Of a stretch of DNA of 64,000 nt, positions 20,701-26,876 are shown in pieces; the stretch's first letter is position 1; each line of letters opens with the position of its first letter. The notes below the pieces were generated by a model. The model ran no database searches and was not told the origin of the DNA. It saw only the letters and a program-made list of their open reading frames with translations. The position numbers were made by a program, and so were the translations under genes. This DNA comes from a virus, in the IMG/VR virus record IMGVR_UViG_3300044998_000296, positions 2,476 through 66,475 of that record; one strand, given 5' to 3'.

Positions 20701-22284
20701 TTCCCGCACTTGGTCAAGGCTGGTTGGATCAATACCGTAATCGTTAAGCCATTTATCTAAGGAAGCCTTGAATCCGGTCTGCGCTTTTTCATAGGCGCGG
20801 TAGCGTTCGGCTCGGGTGGTATCCGCCCGGGCGGTGTCCCCGAAAATATCCAACAGGTGATGGGCCTGGTCCTCCATCAGCGTGGCGTTGGCCTTGGCCT
20901 GCCGATATTGAAACGAATCCGGAGTGTCGGCAAAGGTGGCCATGGTTTCTTTGGCCCGGACAACCGAAGGCTCCTCCCCTGCGAGAACCTTGTTTGCCCA
21001 GTCGAATCCCTTCTGCCGTTGAAATTCTCGGCCCACGGCAAAAGGCCCCGCCATGGCAGTTCCTCCAACGGCTCCCCCAAGAGCTTCCAATCCTCGTTGG
21101 CGCAGATTAGCCACTTCGGAAAAATCTCCCGTAATCGTAAGCCCTTTCCCCACTTCACCGATAATGCTTTCCGTGGGTTCTTGCGCTGCTTCGACTGCGG
21201 CCCCGGATAAAATTCGACGAGCAACTCGTTGACCAAAGCTTTGCGTCGAAGGCAGCCCCACCACCTCCTTGATTGCTTTCTCGGCCCACTTGGCTCCGGG
21301 AACCATTTTAGACAACTTGCCCAAAGCTTTCCCCACGATGAGCTTTTCCGCCACGGTTTCTAGGCTCGCCGCAGGAACCGCCGCCACCATAGCCTTGGCG
21401 TTGGCCCAATAGCGCAAGTCCTCTTTGTCTTTTTCGCTCAATGTGGCAAGCCATTGCGCTTCGGTGGTTCCTTCGGAAATCGACCCGGCTTCCAACGCCT
21501 CTGTGTAAGCTTTGGAAAACTCCGCTTGTTCATAGTCCGCCCGGAATTGATCCATGATCTGCCCGTAATTCGAGATCAAGTTCAGCGGGGTCGCTACGAC
21601 GGTAGCCAGTTGGGCCGGAGTTTGCCCCAAGGCGGCATAGGCCACCGAAGAAGCGGCGTTCATTCGGGGATCGCTGGGGGTCCCTTCTTGGATTACCCGC
21701 TGTGTATCCGCAGCCCACTTCGACAAGTCCCGCAGCCGGGAAGAAGGCAGGAAGTTTGTTTCCAGCCCGGTCGCTATTGTGCTGGCCAGTCCGCTCAAGG
21801 TTCCCAGAAAAACTTGCGCCGTTCCCGAAGTAATGGCGCGTTCCAGTTCTTGCGCGTGTTCGCCAAAGGTTGGCTCCGAGAAAACGTAAGCCTCCCACTC
21901 TTCGTCCGTCTTTGGGCGGTTGGTTAATCCTCCGGTCCAAGCAGCCGGGGGAGCATATTCCATAATCCCACGAACTTCTTGGACGAGACCTTTTCGAGCT
22001 TGTTCAATTTGGTTGGGATCGTAGCCCTCGGCCACCAGCTTTTGCGGGTCTTTGAGAAACTCCAGCATCCCGTTGTAATCGTCAAACTCCTCCAGCTTGG
22101 ATTGCAGGGAGAGCGGTTCCTGTGTGGGAGCTGCGTCAGGGGCCGCGTCCGAGAGAGTCGCCCCTTCAAAGGAAATATCTCCCAAGCGAGCCAGTGCGTC
22201 TTCCTCGGAATTGTCCGACAGAGTAGCCCCTTGCCAAAGGGCCGCGCCATTTTCTCCGTTGAGTTCGTCGAGTAAGCTTTTCAT
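8776..22284 (-). CDS. Giant (4502 aa) polyvalent internal virion/ejection protein with zincin-like and three tandem ART-like (YHG[T/S]) modules
   Basis: Single 13.5-kb ORF at the end of the structural operon; VLHETVH motif, RAIHDLFGH..GPRGEENAW, and AYHGT..F.EFD / AYHGS..F.VFD / FWHGT modules. Confidence 0.8.
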   Translation of the reverse strand: MKSLLDELNGENGAALWQGATLSDNSEEDALARLGDISFEGATLSDAAPDAAPTQEPLSLQSKLEEFDDYNGMLEFLKDPQKLVAEGYDPNQIEQARKGLVQEVRGIMEYAPPAAWTGGLTNRPKTDEEWEAYVFSEPTFGEHAQELERAITSGTAQVFLGTLSGLASTIATGLETNFLPSSRLRDLSKWAADTQRVIQEGTPSDPRMNAASSVAYAALGQTPAQLATVVATPLNLISNYGQIMDQFRADYEQAEFSKAYTEALEAGSISEGTTEAQWLATLSEKDKEDLRYWANAKAMVAAVPAASLETVAEKLIVGKALGKLSKMVPGAKWAEKAIKEVVGLPSTQSFGQRVARRILSGAAVEAAQEPTESIIGEVGKGLTITGDFSEVANLRQRGLEALGGAVGGTAMAGPFAVGREFQRQKGFDWANKVLAGEEPSVVRAKETMATFADTPDSFQYRQAKANATLMEDQAHHLLDIFGDTARADTTRAERYRAYEKAQTGFKASLDKWLNDYGIDPTSLDQVREEVRVAKAATQMQMDAAEKLGGNEVKQAVSELAKAREQAALTKLAEAEAALFEASKEYTQSGEGGAIPLEMMRLRIAQRAVELESDTLSDINFRSPEQVSALYEGMFTPEGTPRVEGDPEALQDFSPEGVAAWLRGRDEALVSAINPAPEPPPQSENLPTEQTPPTTEAAAVTEGVTQTPTSTTEAPSAIEGVTQTPTPTTEQDTPPPGDPTATARVNELRQQLANDPAAQARIRALLIERGESQESIDRFFAELPKPTNAQRRQTPPVTQNPTVPRRNQQTPERSRTNPAPVSERGYLDVFRQGLEANLQARKPQETSPAEWDVIVEAQVNAAVKKAGRVISAIKNGDTAYTAKNPEAILNDLFSPELETRITPERSTGKETLMGALLKNFDETGSVVKRKTRNGSVVSWQILDRQGRGWANDWARREAERGDANLDDRPLETILEREEGSDPDALELPQGTTEQPAFRDNSFSDSRSRRRVVEDTRDTINVVLENLSVQFRPNQLVSDTQSPLVVTSATEKALRSVLEKALRAVVGPETAGALVGDQDPGTLALANSRPELVAAIEKMLQPRSAELLKAFNETFRASVPRELAESYAGNASPAVLAAENLAGLETFMLRTAAAGSIQQQLAENPSLETLLQLQLAESRGNEMNRLILSELIERTMREQNVPQASAQSWLARMSPEDLIALENDPGFPPTLREINRRLRETYGNDPVEFMRKQEFNQGVRLIGDLIGRPENTRISLNFNWAIPETLMQGASFRRPDGSYVLQVSPGLLAGRPGVEGGSLLAQTVLHETVHPLLDSKISAYLSGNVNQLTREDLEGLRILDALRLEARDAKLREIMEGAEVSRAEAVRILNSDRNFRGINDEGGLHEFIQEAINHKPLQDFLAGVTTEIQGRSSTIWQRVINLISRLLTGRNVALDSVLQRAMEEGLRLSSESEIFTDQAMQRAFLEANVLLDFNGRTFEEVSADPEQQEYLLGRMKEFRELRGGARGNDAVLLREFLGETAVAEPALVESLARAAREERLNEEAARLSVSIPFAKAQGQTLRNVLANAIPEIPSRGFFAPGQYNEALRVLGDEISDPAFRQLPARGKRTVNLNSPDEPTATKLGRRNPTERWDGVRAQLKARAIHALTEDDRVTPKPNKIISARLIPQTLRQADFVGERDMVIEDSGVRAVIPMWVYAKLYTDPSSPTGQRWHFVEVRKNGNLFETQYSDTNPERGRALAATVVGIGDNAPRKKKSDNQAGYAQANREAEGGQATSPPSPQGIEPLPESRTEAIDNTLSENVQEKIIEQAEALAEKRARLIAAGDYKAAGDVQNQIEQLEALFDGGVRLSAAAGTNIEVAPNPTDKVAVEKWNQLSDEQKFEATRGVGPAVLNKLAEDMGLPAPEIEIAVGGFWGKTNPTMIVSFPGELSFDQRKEFSIAAGVLLRQNSVVVFDEEDTTNGDQGFFVKVIPSRPLTFEERAEVFNAVSSAFPAAEGFTGMEDALVFGNFTQFKTDKSEQVTNEDFQKGIEQILPQVVEDKDYQLEAAGFNFRSELVTTEQTATNKPLENTRYGQSNLEKTPPRGTLLSERSGSFDSLQTFADQTLEGELNRIGGPIRLSPSTEGMEAPSRTPRQSLRPNAEPNPAVREGVRRYNERYKLAPPIEEHYAPVNETLARQIAAAYESLPVVDDSAETREAYAKLAEEIQQQWDFATQELGITFLEWNQEGQPYASSREMVRDVRENKRLYFFTGGEPHPFLNQPDENGLTMNDKLRAIHDLFGHAAEDYQFGPRGEENAWIKHSQMFSPLAQRALTTETRGQNSWVNFGPQNYNEDGSKRNIPPAERPFAVQKAALLPENLGDWRAALSLENPNISRSQDTRFSELTALITPDTDLEAWKAENPEAYAELKEMREKVLREAGYDVKAYHGTPNGTFTEFDVSNQGATGTAAKAFWFTEDKNMAKNFANLAPTKGEKPSPTVISVMLKPGDKPASSDFKGIPAARIGLAHSKRASVISRAKREGKSFVKFTNMFDFGGPATVYAVFNPNQIKSAEPLNRDENGNLIPPSQWANEGSNDIRLSASVATPKDARYLELAKDPEANREELQRMVDATAKRAGYTEKAYHGSPNKPFWVFDPLRKGERTGANSALLGFFATNKKEVAEQYRMTAREKANAGYTGPLGFNLENAERALELAEAIEVFAEFDPEQNGFVGKLKAYDEWGSPYEWEADPYDPYETGKKETVFEDEEDALEAAQAEKDAKIEEAQKQLDEVLAKYEKARQEKLKSSVVHDLYLKFENPLIYDYEGGSFKDKSYSELIQEAIAGGHDGVIMENTRDAMDDDTPSDVFVFFKSSQAKLADPVTYDEQGNVIPLSQRFNSDSNDIRFSRSAPPVLANSYEASLYEAITGEAVVEAFTKLTDDQRTLDKDAPILQYSASAKTSQDARYLELAKDPEANREELQRMVDEKLAAIGAFWHGTPSGDLRGGVTGLHVGTKQAAMEALEARIGIPADGRGWDGTREYGDTLLAGKELINTGKFGKYRLTGYNVDAPSENYYPKKMPTLGNGVLVNPKWKPWLRPVLIVGGMTNTRNSPISDNAANRKIKRKKGAFYINEGEDAGSVSAVLPNGESVRVKLPDPVTYDEQGNVIPLSQRFNSNSNDIRFSAPVQAQFPASTATLYNRAAAKNTTAFSRLRSLPEWEPVTKALDTVQYIPDTQAAINERATAYIEDYFKAHPTLASDDPLSYDTLFRAAMQEHSFTGGDRVVTLGHIVKRVKEASRRVQALANAADSSLSQSDRASAQMLADLYNETLSSMLAQLAELSSMAGSELNYVRMVSHLFDPITWRRQYTNPAIKGQAETLGAKPAVKEIMGELERAHDTGSRNTYERMLRVIEMASRRFLPKTASERGVRANSALSKALSDAKAGMTNVQIVEHATEVIVAQVFDNLLRKFEAVPNTAAKERALRSVEERARALAQRQINGVLEARLQGGRVEARAEAEGSAQSDMQKALALWAEVADEAAPDSIMEISKIIFDHVLMEGNDADTPYSGLFVNDRSLWNPDYIFDTEGAKKLRKAVLHNVILTEEVRRSLQSREMTEKSFANNLAIAAPHLSQEQRDKIAAAAVAVYRDEVSKAAEAGLARMVRDIAKRNDEKAIELRKVLAHRQTMDRLLGIINMGAFQKPDVYNALAPFYGLPTYNKETADEIERDAQALQALSDNSIQRGEAEQRLMLKIFKAHFDETKGFSKAFRWWKISGLVWQAGVLQGLRTQGVNAIASFAAVQMESAFSAAGHALYMQRQGVPGAQAYGAFGDIVGGLRRAFGKNLDGSSRRAFDETWSAVGKGMSRFKTDKLETLPELEAFTFEPAVAQAGENFMDALQTKGLPGIAGAGVQMLASYELSKFRNPTLALVHALQGKGSLAAKDLARLRDNYLAGRKLVARFMMASDAINSGIGASTKMLLIRRTAEALGTQPKLTEEVMAAIVEQAKQVVANEDAEGQFGIKGTPSHRVLRSRRLEQLVERELLGGHANEVLVRDFAAKATFNGEAYGVLGLLAMSWGKLALGFGGPAGAQYGSFMRTLSNLLNYGLEFGPYGFVRALRGGQGTLSSALAKALPGFKQFAENFQTYEKGSPEYYAALVRAAAGTAVWGALAALVAAAFRDREEGREPFIRIYGEGHQDLRTRRALREAGIFKPQHIRIGFGDSAVWIPYKDLPGVSLALTFAGAISDKVLYGDYEPNEAAAIWGGGFLSGAALLLDREMMSGLFNMLETVSAYSKGETEEGGRLLLNQYRSAVGPFLNPGMTKMVEELVSKQRYDSTSGPLAATMAALPMGQMLANKPAINVLAEPVELRTEDILFGRFFSTTNFHPILGPLAEAGLVVPPPRREVIADDSTRMGVRPAKPEETRRYNELYGETMREFLDPDQVRYLTELAKDGPMQREIAKEILGKFGTAAAQIAWSQMEDEMGVSRGNKSRAIKTRDRWHWEKAALED
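12754..13667. repeat. 86-bp near-identical direct repeat (12754-12839 and 13582-13667)
   Basis: Encodes DPVTYDEQGNVIPLSQRFNS[D/N]SNDIRFS twice; partial third copy at about 14497-14518. Confidence 0.9.
13347..14477. repeat. 72-bp identical direct repeat (13347-13418 and 14406-14477)
   Basis: Encodes DARYLELAKDPEANREELQRMVD twice. Confidence 0.9.
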
Positions 22285-23480
22285 TCAGGGTCGTCGGTCG
22301 CGGTGATCCGGCGACCATCGGAAAGGACCACGGTTTTCCCAGGGGCCAACTTGTCCAGCATAGCGTCCATTTCCGAAGTGCTTTTCCCGGAGGCCGCCAG
22401 TTGATCTCGCTGTTTTCGCATTAAATTTTTGAGCGCGGAGATGGGGAGGTTCTCCGGTTGAACCGCGCCAACCGCCGAACGGTCCATTCGATTGACCACC
22501 CCTTCCGCCCGGGTTGGGCTGCCTGTAATCTGCGTAGCCGCCGCGTCGGCTACGTTGATCCCCGCCTCCACCATAGCATTGCGAACAAAAGCAATTTGCT
22601 CCTTGATCCGAGCTTTCTCGGCTTCGGTCATTTGCGTTGCCGCCCCATAGACGGGGTCCGATAGGGCTTGCAAAATTCTCAGTTGTTCCCGATACATTTT
22701 TTCCAACGTGCTGCCGCCTTCGACCGCTTGTTTGGAAGTATCCCGAGCTTGCTCTTGTTTCTGAAGTTCCCGTAACTTGGGGGCGACCAAAGCATCATAC
22801 TCGTAGCGATCCAACCGACCATCCCCGAGGACAACTCTGGTCCCGTCCGGTTGAACAACCTGCTGCAATACACGATTCCGCTCATCCGCCGTAATCAGCC
22901 CCCGACGATTTGCCTCGTTCAACCCCCGGAGCATAGCATCTTGCTCGGCTAATTCCTGCCGCTGTGCAATAGGGTCCATCTTGGAAAACACCGGGTCTTC
23001 CATGAGCCTTACTTTGAGGCGATTGGTGTCAGGTAGCCATGTTTGAGCTTCCTCATCTAACGTCAGTTTAGCCGCCTCTATAGCGTTAAAAGTAGCCCCC
23101 CGATCTAAAACACGAACCCCGTCTTCTCGTTCAGCGTAAATGGGCTTGACCCCGTAAGCGCGAGCTTTTTTTTCAAAAGCTTCCCGTTCTTCCAACTTTC
23201 TTTGCAGAGGTTCCAACATGCTTTGATATTCCTGAGCAGGAAGCGGATTGGCTGTTTGGGCAATTCGCCCCAAGAGCAAAGGAGCGTCTTCTCGGTCGGG
23301 ATCAAATTCAGCCGCGATGGCCGAAACTTGCGACCGAGCGTTCAAAGTTTTGGCTTCCCGAGAAATGTCCCGGGCGAGTTCCGAGCGGACCATCTCCTGC
23401 CGCTCCATCTCCAAACCAACCCGGGCGGCCTGCAAGAGCTGGTCGTTCATCAAGGCTTCTCTGGAATTACGGCGACTCAT
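22281..23480 (-). CDS. putative internal virion (ejection) protein
   Basis: Helical, charged protein coupled by overlap to the giant ORF; position in late operon. Confidence 0.55.
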   Translation of the reverse strand: MSRRNSREALMNDQLLQAARVGLEMERQEMVRSELARDISREAKTLNARSQVSAIAAEFDPDREDAPLLLGRIAQTANPLPAQEYQSMLEPLQRKLEEREAFEKKARAYGVKPIYAEREDGVRVLDRGATFNAIEAAKLTLDEEAQTWLPDTNRLKVRLMEDPVFSKMDPIAQRQELAEQDAMLRGLNEANRRGLITADERNRVLQQVVQPDGTRVVLGDGRLDRYEYDALVAPKLRELQKQEQARDTSKQAVEGGSTLEKMYREQLRILQALSDPVYGAATQMTEAEKARIKEQIAFVRNAMVEAGINVADAAATQITGSPTRAEGVVNRMDRSAVGAVQPENLPISALKNLMRKQRDQLAASGKSTSEMDAMLDKLAPGKTVVLSDGRRITATDDPE

Positions 23481-23490
23481 GGTTAGAGGA

Positions 23491-24555
23491 TTAAGACCAG
23501 AGGGGTTTTCGGCCCCCGGTAGATTGACTAAGCTGGCGAATCAAAGCTTCCTTCTTGCGTTTGGCATCCAGATCGCGGGTTGTTGCGTCAGCCGTTTTGG
23601 CGGGAGTGGCCTTGCGAACTTCCGGGTCTGGCTCGGAAGTCAGCGGGTCAATCACTCCGGGAGTTTCCAGAGCGGTGCGAACATCTGCTACCCCTTTGGC
23701 CCATATGGCGTTCATATCTTCCTCGGTTTCCCTCGGGGTATTCGGATCATTGCGCGAGTTAGTTAGGGAAGCTTGCCAATAAGCCTCGGCAACCCCAGAT
23801 TCCGCCGCTTTGTTTTGCGCGGCCAGCCCCTCGGCAACGACTTCGCCAGCCGGGCGAGCCTTGGTCTTGGCGAAGGCTTCGTCGGTCATGCCCACGGTAT
23901 CGGCGGAACGGATGGTTCCCTGAACTCCGGCAGCTTCCTCCGGAGAACGATAAGTTTTTGTGCGCCCGATCTCGGCTCCGGTATCGTCGTAAATGGGAAT
24001 GGTTTCAGCCGTGCCACGTTGCAAGGCCGCCGTCACAAGTAGAGCACCCGAAGGTTGTGCGGCCATCCGCGATTGACGCTCCTTCTCCAAATTGGCTTTC
24101 CCCGTGTCTTGAATATCCTTCCGGCGATTGTATTCAGCCAGTTCCTTTTCGCTCAAGTCTTGGGGAGACTGCACCCCTCGCAAAGCCTGTTCGACATTCA
24201 CCCGAGACTGGGCAGCCTCGCGGCTTTTCTGCCGTTCATCTAAGAACTCTTGGCCCCGTCCTTCCGGCAACCCGGTAGCCATGGTAGCCGATTGCTCCCG
24301 CATGTCCTTGGCCTTGGGCCGCAAGTAGGAACTCCCCTCTACGGTTTCGTAGTTTTTTGTCAGGGAGTCCGCAATCCGTTTGTTCCTACGCAGAGCCGCC
24401 TGCGCATCACGTCCGACCAGCCCCGCTTCCACCGCTTTAGCTGCCGATTCTACCGAAGCTCCCGCAAGGAGATTCTGAAAGGCAGCCTCCCGCTCTTCTT
24501 CGGGAAGATCGAGAAGGTCTTGAAAGCTCTTTGGAAATTTTTTTTCGCCTGCCAT
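23491..24555 (-). CDS. putative internal virion protein
   Basis: Ala/Glu/Lys-rich helical protein upstream of the ejection genes. Confidence 0.5.
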   Translation of the reverse strand: MAGEKKFPKSFQDLLDLPEEEREAAFQNLLAGASVESAAKAVEAGLVGRDAQAALRRNKRIADSLTKNYETVEGSSYLRPKAKDMREQSATMATGLPEGRGQEFLDERQKSREAAQSRVNVEQALRGVQSPQDLSEKELAEYNRRKDIQDTGKANLEKERQSRMAAQPSGALLVTAALQRGTAETIPIYDDTGAEIGRTKTYRSPEEAAGVQGTIRSADTVGMTDEAFAKTKARPAGEVVAEGLAAQNKAAESGVAEAYWQASLTNSRNDPNTPRETEEDMNAIWAKGVADVRTALETPGVIDPLTSEPDPEVRKATPAKTADATTRDLDAKRKKEALIRQLSQSTGGRKPLWS

Positions 24556-24576
24556 GAGATTGTTGTTCGTGAGGAA

Positions 24577-25491
24577 TTACCGTATGGCCCGAAGGCCCTT
24601 CCCCGCAGCAGCACGAACAAAGATCGGCAGAGTTCTGCCCGCAGCGTTGCGGTGTTCGCTGAGAGCATCATCCAGAGATTTTCGGCAGAACTCCCAGTAT
24701 TGGGAGGCTTTGGCCAAATCCCCGGCGTCTTCATAGCTAAGGGCTTCCAAGGCCAAACGCAAGACATAAATGCTGTCAATGGGCAAAGGGTCGGTCGGTT
24801 CGACCGCAGGCCGATAGCGTTGTTTGCAGAGAGCCAACAGCCGATCCCCCGGCTGGGCATTGGGAACCGAGTAAGCCCGTAGGCGAACGTCCTGATCCCT
24901 CGGTTGAAAAATCCCCACCGGAACCCAGGTCGATGGAGCATCCGCAAAACGGGCTTCCATGATAACAGGTTGGGTTGTGCGCCCTTTGGAAAACGAGACG
25001 ACTTCTTCCAGCGGAGCCGTGGCAAACTCGGTAACAAAGTCCCCCAACTCCCCGGTAAAATTAACCAGCGAAGCTCGCACGCCTTGGTCCGCGTTCAAAC
25101 GAAGTTGCAGGGAAACCGGAGCCGCTGTGTCTGTTCCAGCCAGCCGCAACCCCAAAGCCCCGGCGATGGGGCGAAAGGTCACGTGCCCATCCCCCAAATC
25201 AATGGAGTGCCAATTCGGGTCCGCGCAAAACGAGGAGCCATTGGCAAACCGGAACCATGGATCGCGGGGTTGGACGCTGCGCCCCGCATTACACAAGCCA
25301 AGCACGGACTCAAAATCTTGCGGGAGCACGATCCTATTCTCACTGTAAACTTGCAGGTCCAAGAGCTTCGTCAGACCCCGGAATTTTCCAAAGGCCAGGA
25401 TGCGCTCGCAGGCCAGGTTGATCTTCTCGGGAGCCTCCGATTCGTTGCGGAGGTAGGCCGAAAGTTGGGTCGTGGCTTCAGAAAGATTCAT
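24577..25491 (-). CDS. putative head-tail adaptor / tail tubular protein
   Basis: N-terminal 'EKINLACERIL' helix, beta-rich middle, C-terminal helices; late operon position. Confidence 0.5.
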   Translation of the reverse strand: MNLSEATTQLSAYLRNESEAPEKINLACERILAFGKFRGLTKLLDLQVYSENRIVLPQDFESVLGLCNAGRSVQPRDPWFRFANGSSFCADPNWHSIDLGDGHVTFRPIAGALGLRLAGTDTAAPVSLQLRLNADQGVRASLVNFTGELGDFVTEFATAPLEEVVSFSKGRTTQPVIMEARFADAPSTWVPVGIFQPRDQDVRLRAYSVPNAQPGDRLLALCKQRYRPAVEPTDPLPIDSIYVLRLALEALSYEDAGDLAKASQYWEFCRKSLDDALSEHRNAAGRTLPIFVRAAAGKGLRAIR

Positions 25492-25515
25492 GGCGGTGTG
25501 GGGTTATGGGTGACA

Positions 25516-25743
25516 CTATGCTTGGTCTGCTCGGTCACAGCAACCAGAAATGCGTGGTTTGCCGGATGGATGCGAACGCTCGGCGTTGGCGTCGGCTGCT
25601 GCTTTGGCTTCGGGGGTGTTCCGGCCTTTGGCGATGCAGTCGTTGCAATTACCGAGGTATGGATGCCCGCCGAACCAGCCGAGAGCGCAGAGGCGGCGGC
25701 CTGTATCTTTGCCAGGGGGTTGGGATTGATGGGGACAGGTCAT
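25516..25743 (-). CDS. small Cys-rich protein
   Basis: MTCPHQ...CALG...CNDC...GCCD; overlaps upstream stop. Confidence 0.6.
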   Translation of the reverse strand: MTCPHQSQPPGKDTGRRLCALGWFGGHPYLGNCNDCIAKGRNTPEAKAAADANAERSHPSGKPRISGCCDRADQA

Positions 25744-26471
25744 AAAACAAGTTGTCCGGCAGAGCCTTGATACTCTCCTTCCGGAGTAGATATATTGCTA
25801 CCGATTCCATTATTAGGATGCCCCGAAAGATATTTAATAGAATTATACCCATCTTCTGCCATAGGCAAACTAAAAGTCCAAGCAGGCCCAAATGGACTAT
25901 AACCAAGACTGGCCTTCCATGTCCATGAAAACCAGTTAATGGGGTCGCCATCCTCAGCCGTATAAGCGTCCGTGGTTAATTCCGCCTCCCATCTGCACAG
26001 GCTTATACGGGTTACAACAATAGTCGCTGGAACGTAATAATAAAATTGATAATACCCCATAGAACCTCCAAAAAGGTATCGGCCAGGAGAATCATAGTCG
26101 ATTGTGTGTAATGTATAGGCAGAGTTAAACTGGTCCTCAACGCGATCATCCCCTTGTGTATATCCACCATCCCCGCGAATGAGACAGGCTCCGATTAGGC
26201 TTACTGCGTTGTCAGAAGAGTCAAAAAATTCCCACTTATTCCCGTTGGTGTTTTTGCGAATTTGAACTGACCCGCTAGTATATCCCATGCCGGACTTCGA
26301 CATTGTCCCATCGACGCGGCTCTCCCATTTTGCATAGACGGTATCCGGGAGGTCGTCGGCATCCGTGATAGCCTCGGCGTTATACATGCAGCACTCAGGC
26401 TCGCAGCACGAGCACGAGACTTTGCCGTCTTTGAGAATGACCTTCCCGCCGCTCAATTTGACCGTTGGCAT
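25740..26471 (-). CDS. hypothetical structural/adsorption protein
   Basis: N-terminal CSCCEPECC followed by an aromatic-rich, AT-richer body. Confidence 0.55.
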   Translation of the reverse strand: MPTVKLSGGKVILKDGKVSCSCCEPECCMYNAEAITDADDLPDTVYAKWESRVDGTMSKSGMGYTSGSVQIRKNTNGNKWEFFDSSDNAVSLIGACLIRGDGGYTQGDDRVEDQFNSAYTLHTIDYDSPGRYLFGGSMGYYQFYYYVPATIVVTRISLCRWEAELTTDAYTAEDGDPINWFSWTWKASLGYSPFGPAWTFSLPMAEDGYNSIKYLSGHPNNGIGSNISTPEGEYQGSAGQLVL

Positions 26472-26474
26472 TAC

Positions 26475-26876
26475 TCAGCAATCCTCGGTTTCAATCCATT
26501 GAATGATGCCGTTAATCACCCCCAGCACATGGGTTCCGGTCGATGGTGCCGGGGGGAACACGCTATCCCCCGCGTTATTTGAAATCGCCCCGGCAGAAGC
26601 ACTACCCTGCACAGAAAAAAATTCCACTTGTGCGCTTTTAATCTCGGCTGAATGAAGCGCGGTAGGGCTCTCTGCTTCCCGTTTGATCTTGGGCCCGGCG
26701 AAGGCCGCTTCGCTGGCAGCTTGTCGCGCAACTCTACGCTCCAGCTCTCTTACCACCGCTTGATAGGATACTTTGCTCCCCCCGGAAAAAGAGCCATCTT
26801 CGTTTACCTCGAATCGCCCCATCCGCTCAACAAGCTGACGGTCTGACAACCCCTTGCTCTCTAATAACTCAGACAT
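26475..26876 (-). CDS. hypothetical structural protein
   Basis: C-terminal PPAPSTGTHVLGVINGIIQWIETEDC; late operon. Confidence 0.6.
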   Translation of the reverse strand: MSELLESKGLSDRQLVERMGRFEVNEDGSFSGGSKVSYQAVVRELERRVARQAASEAAFAGPKIKREAESPTALHSAEIKSAQVEFFSVQGSASAGAISNNAGDSVFPPAPSTGTHVLGVINGIIQWIETEDC

